This document shows positions 36,581 through 45,028 of a stretch of 46,410 bases of DNA, piece after piece; positions within the stretch are counted from its first letter, which is position 1, and the number at the start of each line of letters is the position of its first letter. The notes under the pieces are model-generated. The model was not told the origin of the DNA, did not search any database, and saw only the letters and a program-made list of their open reading frames with translations. The position numbers and the translations under genes are program-made. The DNA comes from a virus (lineage: Duplodnaviria > Caudoviricetes), in IMG/VR virus record IMGVR_UViG_3300033487_000012, positions 1 through 46,410 of that record; one strand, given 5' to 3'.

Positions 36581-37179
36581 CTATTGACTGGGGTACTCGC
36601 ATCATCTATGTGTTCAAGACCGACATGACCTTGGTCCAGGCCTCGCCCATTGAAGTCTACGACCTGAACCTGGACACGTTTCGGTTGGCCCTGAAAGATG
36701 CCGAGGACAATGAAGACGGCATCTCCTACCCCACGACGCACAACCACACCTCGGACTACGTCGTCAGCGGCATTGTGTTTGCACCCGTGATCGAGATGAT
36801 CAACCACTACACCGTGACGTTCGAGGACGCGGCGTATGTGGTGAACCTGGTCGGGGCAAACACGAACCTACTGGACCGAGTAAATCCGAACAACGTCTCG
36901 GTCCGGTCCGCGAACTCCGCCGGCCTGCAGATTGTGACCCCCGAAAGCAGCGTCACGCCACAGGACAAAGTGGAGATTGCGACCCAGGTCTGGATCAAAG
37001 CGTTAGAGGGGACCGTGACCGCGGCCGAGATGATGCGGCTGTTTCTGGCGATGATGGGCGGCGATGTTGTGGCGTATGACGTAGTGAAGGCGCTGACGGA
37101 CGCGACGAAGACGCGGTTGACCTTCACGACGGATGACAACGGGAACCGGACCCTGGTCTCGTTCGACGCGAGCGAATGA
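36577..37179 (+). CDS. Virion structural protein (200 aa)
   Basis: IDW.T.II, YTVTFED..Y.V.L.GAN.N, NSAGL; C-terminal D..GNR motif. Confidence 0.7.
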   Translation: MTIDWGTRIIYVFKTDMTLVQASPIEVYDLNLDTFRLALKDAEDNEDGISYPTTHNHTSDYVVSGIVFAPVIEMINHYTVTFEDAAYVVNLVGANTNLLDRVNPNNVSVRSANSAGLQIVTPESSVTPQDKVEIATQVWIKALEGTVTAAEMMRLFLAMMGGDVVAYDVVKALTDATKTRLTFTTDDNGNRTLVSFDASE

Positions 37180-37295
37180 TGGCCTTTCCGTCCCAGACGT
37201 TCGTGCGGCGGTTGTTCCCGAACCGGCTGTTTCCTAGTCGGTCGGCTATTCGGATCTGGCGTGAGGTGCTGCGACTGGTGTCCCGATGGAAGTAG
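37176..37295 (+). CDS. Possible 39-aa basic peptide
   Basis: ATGA coupling; MMAFPSQTFVRRLFPNRLFP... Confidence 0.35.
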   Translation: MMAFPSQTFVRRLFPNRLFPSRSAIRIWREVLRLVSRWK

Positions 37296-37429
37296 AATAT
37301 CTGTACCTGTCGTCCACGTTCCCGTCGCCACAAGAAATGGCGTTGAGTTCTCCGTTCGATCCGGAACGGGAGTTCGACTCTATCTCTGGTGGCGTCGTGT
37401 CGTCACCTCTGACCCTTGAAGCTGAGTAG
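37286..37429 (+). CDS. Possible 47-aa acidic Ser-rich peptide
   Basis: MEVEYLYLSSTF...LEAE; stop overlaps the next SD (taggagg). Confidence 0.35.
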   Translation: MEVEYLYLSSTFPSPQEMALSSPFDPEREFDSISGGVVSSPLTLEAE

Positions 37430-37437
37430 GAGGCCCT

Positions 37438-37740
37438 ATGTCCGCAGCGGTTGACGTGAAGTATTATGTCGGGGACATCGGCACGAAACTCGTTGTCAGT
37501 ACCGGAAACAATCTGACCTCGGCGACGACGCGGGATCTCCTTATCCAGAAACCGTCTGGCACTATCGAGACCTGGGCCGGTACGCAGGATCCGCTAGACA
37601 ATACCCGCATTGTGTACACCGTCCAGGCAGGGGATTTCGACGAGATTGGGAGATATAAACTTCAAGCGTACGTGGTGTTTGCGTCCGGGAGTTGGCGGGG
37701 CAATACGGCCTACTTCACGGTGTCGGAACCATTCAAGTGA
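37438..37740 (+). CDS. BppU N-terminal-like baseplate adaptor domain protein
   Basis: GDIG....V, QKPSG, Y.VQ.GD.DE.G.Y.LQ pattern. Confidence 0.65.
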   Translation: MSAAVDVKYYVGDIGTKLVVSTGNNLTSATTRDLLIQKPSGTIETWAGTQDPLDNTRIVYTVQAGDFDEIGRYKLQAYVVFASGSWRGNTAYFTVSEPFK

Positions 37741-37754
37741 AGTGGAGATTGTTC

Positions 37755-38081
37755 ATGGCCAACGGAAACGGGAATGGAGATGTCAACGGATTCTGGTGGG
37801 GAATGCCCTGGTGGGTGAAGGCGATTGCCATTGTGGGCGTTCCGTCGCTCATTTCATTAGGAGTCATCTGGTCCGACCGTGTTCAGCTTGTCGATAAGAT
37901 CGACGCGCAAGTGAAAATCCTCTACGACATGCGAATGGAAGCACGGTCACACGTGGAGCGCGACAACGAGACCAATAACGCGATCCTCGAAGCCACACGA
38001 GAAACGAACCGCATTCTACTGGCCGGATGCGTAAACGGTGCCACGACCATAGAGGCCAGAGAACGGTGTGTCGGACGATAG
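37755..38081 (+). CDS. Single-TM membrane protein with coiled coil (lysis region)
   Basis: Hydrophobic WWVKAIAIVGVPSLISLGVIW; C-terminal C..A.......C. Confidence 0.65.
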   Translation: MANGNGNGDVNGFWWGMPWWVKAIAIVGVPSLISLGVIWSDRVQLVDKIDAQVKILYDMRMEARSHVERDNETNNAILEATRETNRILLAGCVNGATTIEARERCVGR

Positions 38082-38089
38082 GAGGATGT

Positions 38090-38491
38090 ATGAAGCGATT
38101 CGTGTTCGTGCAGATGCTTGTGTGGGCTATGATGGTCATGGCCTTCCTGGTCCTGACCCCGGTCATCGTGCATGGCCAGACCAAACCCCCGAACCCGCGC
38201 ACGGTGGAGTTCACCCCGTCGCCAGACCACGCGGCGGCGACCAGCTACACCATCGGGTATTTTCTTCCAGGAGCGACGGACCCGGTGCAGACGGCGAGCA
38301 TTGGCAAGCCGACGCCGAATGCCTCGAATGTGTGCTCGGCCACAATCAACGTGATGCCGCTGACGTTCGGCATTGACTACACAGCCAAACTGAAGACGAT
38401 CATCAGCGCCGGGGTCGAATCGTCATGGAGTGACGCATCCAACCCTTTCGACCGGGTGCCGGGACCGCCGGGAAAGCCTGTCGCGAAGTGA
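38090..38491 (+). CDS. Secreted FN3-like protein
   Basis: SD ggagg; signal peptide MKRFVF...VHG/Q; Y...Y...ES.WS..S FN3-like pattern. Confidence 0.65.
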   Translation: MKRFVFVQMLVWAMMVMAFLVLTPVIVHGQTKPPNPRTVEFTPSPDHAAATSYTIGYFLPGATDPVQTASIGKPTPNASNVCSATINVMPLTFGIDYTAKLKTIISAGVESSWSDASNPFDRVPGPPGKPVAK

Positions 38492-38537
38492 CGGGGTGGT
38501 TACGGTGGCTATGGAAGTTGCTGGGACGGTGTGAGTG

Positions 38538-38756
38538 ATGCCGACGGTTCCGCAGCCCCCATCTCGCCTTCCCGTCTGCACTACCGCGTGTGAGGCCGTG
38601 AACTGGGCGATGGAGGAGTCATCGAAGCGTGCGGTGGTCCTACGCCGAGTCATCGCGGCCTTGCACCGTACCCATTGCAGCACGGATACCGTTTCATGGC
38701 AGAATTGCTCGCACCAGCATTGTCGGCTGGTCCACGAGTGTTTGGAGGGGGTGTGA
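38538..38756 (+). CDS. Small Cys/His-rich hypothetical protein
   Basis: HRTHC...C.HQHC; stop overlaps the next start. Confidence 0.5.
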   Translation: MPTVPQPPSRLPVCTTACEAVNWAMEESSKRAVVLRRVIAALHRTHCSTDTVSWQNCSHQHCRLVHECLEGV

Positions 38757-38956
38757 GGTACAAGCTCATCACGCTGCACGACCGGCACCCGTTGTGGAGC
38801 ATCATCCGTATGGGGGTGCTGTTCACCGGCTGCATCGGGGTACTGCATATCACGGCCACGCACTTCGACCTAGGGGAACTGCGGGCCGCTGGCGTCGTCG
38901 GGCTACTGTCGGTGGTGTTCGACATGGCGAAACGCCAGTTCACCGAGAAAGGATAG
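38753..38956 (+). CDS. Small two-TM membrane protein (holin candidate)
   Basis: GTG start after ggaggggg; two hydrophobic segments, basic C-terminus. Confidence 0.55.
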   Translation: MRYKLITLHDRHPLWSIIRMGVLFTGCIGVLHITATHFDLGELRAAGVVGLLSVVFDMAKRQFTEKG

Positions 38957-38959
38957 GCC

Positions 38960-40981
38960 GTGTCCATACGGGCCAATTTCTGCAACCTGACGGATTCGGT
39001 GCCGCGCCCGATTTTCTCGTCTTGCTTGGCGGCACAATCACCGGAGATGCAGGAGGAGTGGATCACGCGGGAGCTATTGGCTGGCGGGACGCATTACGTG
39101 TTCTCGATCCAGGCCGGGTACACGGACTACCCTCCAGAGGTGAACTTCTATCTCGAGGGTCGGATGGCCGAATGGCTGACCACGCTGGACCGGGTGTTGG
39201 CAGCGGGACTGATACCGGTGGTATTCCTGCACACCGGGGGCGACTATCCCGGTGACCAGTATTTCCGCAACGTATTGGCCTCGATTCCGTCGTCCTACTA
39301 CGACCGAGCGCTGTGGGTACCGGCGTGGGAGCCGGTCAAAGGCGCGTGGTCGTCGCGGCAGTTCCGCGATGCCGCCCTCACGATGCGTGCCGCCCTGGGA
39401 CCGACAGCGCCGATGGCCGCGCATCTATCCCAGGGACGACTGTCGTTTGCCAGCAATCCGGTTGAAGCCGATGACCCGTGGGGCGGTAACGAGATGGATT
39501 GCTGGCGCACCGGATGGGGGCCAGCCGGTCACCCGTTCGATGTGTTCCTGTATCAGTCCTACGTCGTCGCCCAGGGCGACACGATGGATGTCACGAAGCC
39601 CGACTCGTGGGGCGAACGGGCCAAGGAGGTAGCAGACCGGGTGCTGGGGTTGCCCGGAGCGCCCGATTGGTTTGCCGGGATACGGCGTCCCGACCTGGTG
39701 TGGTTCGAAGCCACCGCGTATTACTTTATCCGGGGCCGAAGCACGTCCGCATGGGCGCAAGAAGTTGCGGCATCCGCGCAAACACTTGGCTATCAGGGAT
39801 TCGGCAACGGGCTTCCGAAGTCGGATACCACACCCACACCGCCTGACGGGGGAGGGGACATGCAACCGTACAACGAAGACCTCGTGTTCCAAACGAACGA
39901 GAAGGTCAAGGACACGTACGCCGAAGCCGGTCGAAGCATCGACGCGCAGTATCCGATCTGGATCGCACGCACGGTATACGACTACTGCGCGGGAATGTCC
40001 TGGAACGCCAGCGAATCCAAACACCTGGCAGAATTGCGGGATGCCCTGGGTTTACCAGCCCCGCCGGTTCCCCCGATTAGTCTGCTGCCGCGCCTTGTCG
40101 TGAACGGCCAGATGTTCGGATTGGAAACCGGCGAGCGGTGGACGGCGATTCAGAACAGCGACTTCAATCTGTTGAACCGATGGCAACACGGCGAGGACAT
40201 CTACCCCGTGTTGGAGCAACGAGCGAAGGTCGGGTTCAATCTGCTGCGCGTATGGACGCTCTACGACCTGGTCAACATCGGGACGTTTACCGATATCGAC
40301 TATTCGCGCATTCCTGATTTCCTCCAGGAATGTTCGCGGTACGGACTGTACGTAGAGTTCACAGCGTACACGTCCCTGGAACGAAAGGACCATTGGGACA
40401 AACTGGTTGCCGCGTGTCAGGGACCGTCCAATGTGCTGACCGAACTGGTGAACGAAGGCACCTTGCCCGTCAATCAGATTGACATGGCCCGATATGCACG
40501 GCCCAGCGGCGTGCTGGCGTCCCATGGCAGCGGCGGTAGCGAAGGCGTACCGCCGTGGGATCCCTGGGACTATGTGACGTTCCATACGAACGGCGCGTCC
40601 GAGGAACAGCGGAAGATTGGCCACAACGCGTGGGAGATTTGGTCGGGACCGACGCTGACCAACGAAACGTCCCGCTATCCCGAGGTCGGGATGTGGGTCG
40701 GGGCTAGCCTGGAACGGCAGAAACAGTTGGCCTACGACTCGGCCGCGGGTGCGGCCCTGTTGTGTGCCGGGTCATGCTTCCATTCGGTGCATGGCAAGAC
40801 AAGTGAACTGTGGGACGCCAATGAGCTGGCGGTCGCGGACGCGTGGGTACGCGGGGCGAAGTCGGTGTCGCTGGCGTGCCAGCCGGGTGCCTACTATCGG
40901 CGCGACGACCTGTTGACGGACGAGTTGCTGCGCGTCTATCAGCGCGGCACGTCGGGGTGCATTGTCGAAATTCACAAGTAG
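38960..40981 (+). CDS. Multidomain protein with two putative glycoside hydrolase TIM barrels
   Basis: C-domain GFNLLRVW, ELVNEG, TFH, TNE (GH5-like); N-domain AWEP...WFE; Pro-rich linkers flank a small helical domain. Confidence 0.65.
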   Translation: MSIRANFCNLTDSVPRPIFSSCLAAQSPEMQEEWITRELLAGGTHYVFSIQAGYTDYPPEVNFYLEGRMAEWLTTLDRVLAAGLIPVVFLHTGGDYPGDQYFRNVLASIPSSYYDRALWVPAWEPVKGAWSSRQFRDAALTMRAALGPTAPMAAHLSQGRLSFASNPVEADDPWGGNEMDCWRTGWGPAGHPFDVFLYQSYVVAQGDTMDVTKPDSWGERAKEVADRVLGLPGAPDWFAGIRRPDLVWFEATAYYFIRGRSTSAWAQEVAASAQTLGYQGFGNGLPKSDTTPTPPDGGGDMQPYNEDLVFQTNEKVKDTYAEAGRSIDAQYPIWIARTVYDYCAGMSWNASESKHLAELRDALGLPAPPVPPISLLPRLVVNGQMFGLETGERWTAIQNSDFNLLNRWQHGEDIYPVLEQRAKVGFNLLRVWTLYDLVNIGTFTDIDYSRIPDFLQECSRYGLYVEFTAYTSLERKDHWDKLVAACQGPSNVLTELVNEGTLPVNQIDMARYARPSGVLASHGSGGSEGVPPWDPWDYVTFHTNGASEEQRKIGHNAWEIWSGPTLTNETSRYPEVGMWVGASLERQKQLAYDSAAGAALLCAGSCFHSVHGKTSELWDANELAVADAWVRGAKSVSLACQPGAYYRRDDLLTDELLRVYQRGTSGCIVEIHK

Positions 40982-40989
40982 GAGGGTGT

Positions 40990-41193
40990 ATGTCAATTCC
41001 CATTGTCGGATTGCTAATCCTAGTCCTTGTCGGTTCGGTCCTGATTTGGGCCGCACGCACCCTGATGGCGGCATGGAAGGTGCCGGATCCGATTGCGACC
41101 ACGGTGTATGTGATTCTGGTCGTGCTCGTGGTGCTCGTGGCGGTGCAGATGCTTGGCTACGGGGGCGGTCCGTACTTCCGGTCACCCCGGTAA
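40990..41193 (+). CDS. Small two-TM membrane protein
   Basis: SD ggaggg; two long hydrophobic helices around P.PI. Confidence 0.7.
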   Translation: MSIPIVGLLILVLVGSVLIWAARTLMAAWKVPDPIATTVYVILVVLVVLVAVQMLGYGGGPYFRSPR

Positions 41194-41202
41194 GGAGGCC
41201 AC

Positions 41203-41436
41203 ATGAACTGGCAGACCATCTTCGCTAGGGATTCCGTATTGTGGCAGGTGTGTTTCTATGCTGGCATGGTCATCGTGCTAGCCACCGGCCTCATCGACAA
41301 CCCGCAGGATTATGGGCTGTCGCCGCTGGCGTTCCGGTGGCTAAAGCTGGTGGCGGCAGTCATTACCGCCATCGGCGGAAAGGCCGGGATGTCGTTCGTC
41401 CCGTTAGAACGGAACATGGAGGGGGGCAGAAAGTGA
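41203..41436 (+). CDS. Holin-like two-TM protein
   Basis: SD aaggagg; two hydrophobic segments; upstream of endolysin. Confidence 0.6.
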   Translation: MNWQTIFARDSVLWQVCFYAGMVIVLATGLIDNPQDYGLSPLAFRWLKLVAAVITAIGGKAGMSFVPLERNMEGGRK

Positions 41437-41855
41437 AACGATGGGCGTGGATTCTACTGCTTATTCCGGTGGTCGTGGCCTGTGGGCCGAAGACCAAGCC
41501 GACGCTGGTCAAAGTTGACCAGGCCATTTACACAAGTGTCAAGGCCCTTCACGAGGGGGCCGTCAACCTGGGCAACGCCGGAGTGATTACTCCCGCCCAG
41601 GAATTGAAGATTCAGGAAGCGATTTTGCCCATCACCATTCTGGGTGAGCAGGTGTCGCGCATTATCGCCGCGTGGAAAAGCGGACCGACCCCGCCGGAAC
41701 TGATTGCGTTGGTCGAGAAGTTGGGGGCCGTGGCAAGCGAGATTGTCAAAATCATTCCGAACGAAGACAAGGCGCGTGCCACATTGTTACAGCTGGTGTC
41801 CGTGGTGCAGCAATCGGTCATCAGCGCCATTCTGATTGCAAAGGGGACCGTATGA
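41433..41855 (+). CDS. Lipoprotein (spanin-like candidate)
   Basis: GTG 41433; KRWAWILLLIPVVVA-C lipobox; helical mature part. Confidence 0.65.
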   Translation: MKRWAWILLLIPVVVACGPKTKPTLVKVDQAIYTSVKALHEGAVNLGNAGVITPAQELKIQEAILPITILGEQVSRIIAAWKSGPTPPELIALVEKLGAVASEIVKIIPNEDKARATLLQLVSVVQQSVISAILIAKGTV

Positions 41856-42070
41856 CACCCGAGAACATTCTCAAATGGGCCGAGGTCGGTGCGGTCCTCA
41901 TCAATCAACTGGGCGTGCCGATTGCGTCCATGATCAAGATGTTCCGCGAAGCCGGTGGCACCGAGGAAGAACTCGTGGAACTGATTGCACGATGGGCAGC
42001 CCTGCACGACACGGTCGAGGCGCGGGTTGCCTTTTTGAAGGCCGCGATTCTTGCTGCGGCGGAAGGATAA
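41852..42070 (+). CDS. Small helical protein (72 aa)
   Basis: ATGA coupling with the lipoprotein gene. Confidence 0.6.
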   Translation: MTPENILKWAEVGAVLINQLGVPIASMIKMFREAGGTEEELVELIARWAALHDTVEARVAFLKAAILAAAEG

Positions 42071-42076
42071 GACACG

Positions 42077-42499
42077 ATGACACCCACGGGGCCGTCCCTG
42101 CATTTGTCCTGGGCAGAGTTGGGGTGCAAGGACGGCACCCCGTATCCCTCGATCTGGCGCCGCACACGGGCGGTAGCACTTGCTCTCGAGTTCGAGGCGT
42201 TTCGTCATCTGTGCGGTGACCGTCCGCTGGAAATCTTATCAGGGTTCCGCACATCCGAGTGGAACCGTCGCGTCGGCGGAGCCGGGAACAGTCAACATGT
42301 CCAGGGCCGGGCGCTGGACATTTTGAAGCCGGGTAACTTCACCCTCGAACAGTTCTGGAATCTCGCGCACGCGCACGCCATGGACCGCAGCGGCGTCTTC
42401 GGCCTGGGCCGGTATCCGTGGGGGGTGCATCTGGACATCCGACCGGCCAACCGCTTGGTGGTCTGGAACGGGTCACGGCCTGACGCGGACAATGGATAG
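42077..42499 (+). CDS. Endolysin, peptidase M15A family
   Basis: SGFR...N..VGG..NSQH..G.A.DI and G.G.Y...VHLD zinc-ligand motifs. Confidence 0.88.
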   Translation: MTPTGPSLHLSWAELGCKDGTPYPSIWRRTRAVALALEFEAFRHLCGDRPLEILSGFRTSEWNRRVGGAGNSQHVQGRALDILKPGNFTLEQFWNLAHAHAMDRSGVFGLGRYPWGVHLDIRPANRLVVWNGSRPDADNG

Positions 42500-42548
42500 C
42501 GAACATCGGGCGAATGTGGGGGAATTCTGGTGCCCACAATTCCCCGGT

Positions 42549-42625
42549 TTACCGCCCCTGCAGGGGCCGTGGGCATCCGGGGGGTATCCCAACCCCGACC
42601 ACGGTCCCGAAAATCGCTTAGACGG
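42549..42625 (+). repeat. Dispersed intergenic ~76-bp element, copy B
   Basis: Aligns with 14122-14197; lies between convergent lysis and replication genes. Confidence 0.6.
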
Positions 42626-42628
42626 GCG

Positions 42629-44833
42629 CTAAGACCGATTCTTACCGGGTGTTTGGTCCCCGGCCGAACCGTTACCGGCGGCGGACAGGTCCGATCCGTT
42701 GGCTTTCCGTATCCGCATCTTGACCTTCGATATCTCGCGGACGCGTAATTCGTCCTCGGTCTTATACAATCCCGCCCCCACTATCGCGTTGCGGATGTAG
42801 GGCGTCAACGACCACGTATGGCGGTAGCCGCCATCCGCTCCATGGCGTTGCACGATGTCCAGTACGTTCAGGTCTTGGAGAATACGGCTCACCGTGGCCT
42901 GGGGATAGCGGGTGATGGTAGAAAGGTCCGCGGTCGAGATCGGGGCGGTCATGGACGGATGCTGGCGGATGATGTAGCGAATGATGTCCTCGGTCCGTTG
43001 CGGCACCGTATCCAGCATGACCTTCTTTATCAGGGTGTATTCTTGTTCCCCGACTTTCTGGTGCCCATACACCATCGCGAGCGATTGGCTAAGCTTGGCC
43101 AACTGAATCCCTAATCGGCTTCCGATTTCGGCGCTGGGTCGGCTGGTGATGATGTCGTTGTGGTAGGTGTCTCGGGATACAGTACCTCGCATCCGTGCGC
43201 CGAACATACTGAGCTGAATAATACGGTGAGAGACGGATTCTGGGATAGTGGGCAGGTGGCGTTGTGACGCACGATCTGTAAGGAAGGCGCGAACCACGTC
43301 TTGTAGTTCGTGTTGCATGGCGGTTTCTTTGTTGATGTTCTTGATCGCCCTGGCAATGATCGCCTCCTCGCTATGGTGATTCAGATTGTCGCCCATCATC
43401 AGCTTCATGAACCGTTCGCCCAGTTGCGCGTGCTGCCCCGCCAAGTCGTAGATGCGCGGGGTCACGGCCGCGAGGATGGAGAATCGGCTGGTGTAACTGC
43501 GGACGACGCCGTTGCCAAAGACCTTTCCGCATTTCCCGTCGTACGCATCGCGCAGGATCCCGAATATCTCATCCTTGTCCGCGTCCCGCATGGACAGGAT
43601 ACTGGTGAAATCCTTGATGACCATGATGCGCCCGTTCAGCTTAGGAATCAGCGACGGGTCCACACCATCCTTGATGTTGGCTCCAGAGATGAGACTGGGC
43701 GGCGTCAACGTCGAGGTCATGTATACTTCGGGGTACAGCGTCAACGCGTTCAGCGTTTCGGTCTTGGCCCCACCGGGCGGTGACACCAGGAACATCCAGA
43801 TCGGGGGGCCGGTGATGTTCTGGCTCACGATGGTCGCCAACATCACTTCAATGGCCGTGGTCGAATCCAGATATAGCCATTTCTTGAAGATGGCGTTGAC
43901 ATCTGCGATGCTCGGAACGGTGGTGGACCAGTTCGACTTCGGCTCACGGGAAGCATCCGACGGCGGGGGACCGGCGGGGTGCGGCTGTTCGTCCCATTCC
44001 TTCTTTGCGCGGTCCAACGGGTCCATCGTGCGGGTGTGGGTCTGAAACAACTTCTTCAATCCCGCGATACAGGTCTTGGGTTTCTTGTATTTCACCAGCC
44101 ATTGCATCACCCAATCCCGTATGTCGTAGCCCACCGGCAACCCAGACGGCCAATGCAGGAAGGTCAGCGATTGCACGGCGGTCTTCAATCGTTTCTCGAC
44201 CAGAATCTCCCCGTGCTCCCCGGCCCCGTCATTGTCATACAGTACATGCAAGGTCCGACCGGCGAACCACGGCACCCACTCGGACTTCAGAATCCCGGCC
44301 CCCGGCACGCCGACCACGATCCCCGGTTCGTTGGCTTGCCGCAGTGCCTCGTTCCACGCGACGGTATCCCACTCGCCTTCGCACAAATACACCGGGGCCG
44401 ACAGATCGCGGTTCAGCCGGTGTGCGCCGAACAATCCGACTTCAATCCCAGCGGTCGAGATGGCGCGTCCGTTCGGGCGCCAGGTCCGGATGTCTACCAT
44501 CGCGCCAGACGGGTCCATGTAGGGAATCGCGTACGCGTTCCCCGTCCAGCCGATATGCCACGGCTCAAACGCCGAGACGGGCAATCCCCGGTCATGCGCC
44601 AGCGCATTCAACCGGTCAGGCGTCATCCGTTTACGATAGAGCTTATGTATCTCGGCAAGAAACCGTGGCACATTGCCGCTGATGCCAGCGGTTTTGGAAT
44701 CCCAGAGCCAGGTTTTCGTATTGACGTAGAACTTTTCGGCTTTGTCCGTAAACGGACAGGTGCCATAGATCTCGTCCCCACGTTCCCCTGTAAACTCAAC
44801 CCCATGCGACTCAAATATACGCCGCTTATCCAT
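42629..44833 (-). CDS. Primase-helicase (TOPRIM plus MCM-like AAA+ plus HTH)
   Basis: TOPRIM CEGEWD and YDND; Walker A SPPGGAKT; IKDFT, LRDAYDG, ERF; C-terminal HTH-like STADLS..TRYPQATVSR.L. Confidence 0.85.
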   Translation of the reverse strand: MDKRRIFESHGVEFTGERGDEIYGTCPFTDKAEKFYVNTKTWLWDSKTAGISGNVPRFLAEIHKLYRKRMTPDRLNALAHDRGLPVSAFEPWHIGWTGNAYAIPYMDPSGAMVDIRTWRPNGRAISTAGIEVGLFGAHRLNRDLSAPVYLCEGEWDTVAWNEALRQANEPGIVVGVPGAGILKSEWVPWFAGRTLHVLYDNDGAGEHGEILVEKRLKTAVQSLTFLHWPSGLPVGYDIRDWVMQWLVKYKKPKTCIAGLKKLFQTHTRTMDPLDRAKKEWDEQPHPAGPPPSDASREPKSNWSTTVPSIADVNAIFKKWLYLDSTTAIEVMLATIVSQNITGPPIWMFLVSPPGGAKTETLNALTLYPEVYMTSTLTPPSLISGANIKDGVDPSLIPKLNGRIMVIKDFTSILSMRDADKDEIFGILRDAYDGKCGKVFGNGVVRSYTSRFSILAAVTPRIYDLAGQHAQLGERFMKLMMGDNLNHHSEEAIIARAIKNINKETAMQHELQDVVRAFLTDRASQRHLPTIPESVSHRIIQLSMFGARMRGTVSRDTYHNDIITSRPSAEIGSRLGIQLAKLSQSLAMVYGHQKVGEQEYTLIKKVMLDTVPQRTEDIIRYIIRQHPSMTAPISTADLSTITRYPQATVSRILQDLNVLDIVQRHGADGGYRHTWSLTPYIRNAIVGAGLYKTEDELRVREISKVKMRIRKANGSDLSAAGNGSAGDQTPGKNRS

Positions 44834-44845
44834 CGGGGAACGCCT

Positions 44846-45028
44846 TTACTGCCCGGAGACACGCCGGACTTCTTGTTCCAGTTGGGAGAGTCGCTGTTGC
44901 ACCTGAACGAGATAACTGTGGATATGGGTCATCTCCTGTTTAGAAAGGAACTCGCGCGTGGGCTTTCGGCGCGTGGTGTGGACCAGACGACAGATGTCGT
45001 TGCACAAGTTTATGCGATCTGACTTCAT
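44846..45028 (-). CDS. Small hypothetical protein (60 aa)
   Basis: SD-like aaaggt; fills the gap before primase; overlaps the polymerase 3' end. Confidence 0.5.
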   Translation of the reverse strand: MKSDRINLCNDICRLVHTTRRKPTREFLSKQEMTHIHSYLVQVQQRLSQLEQEVRRVSGQ

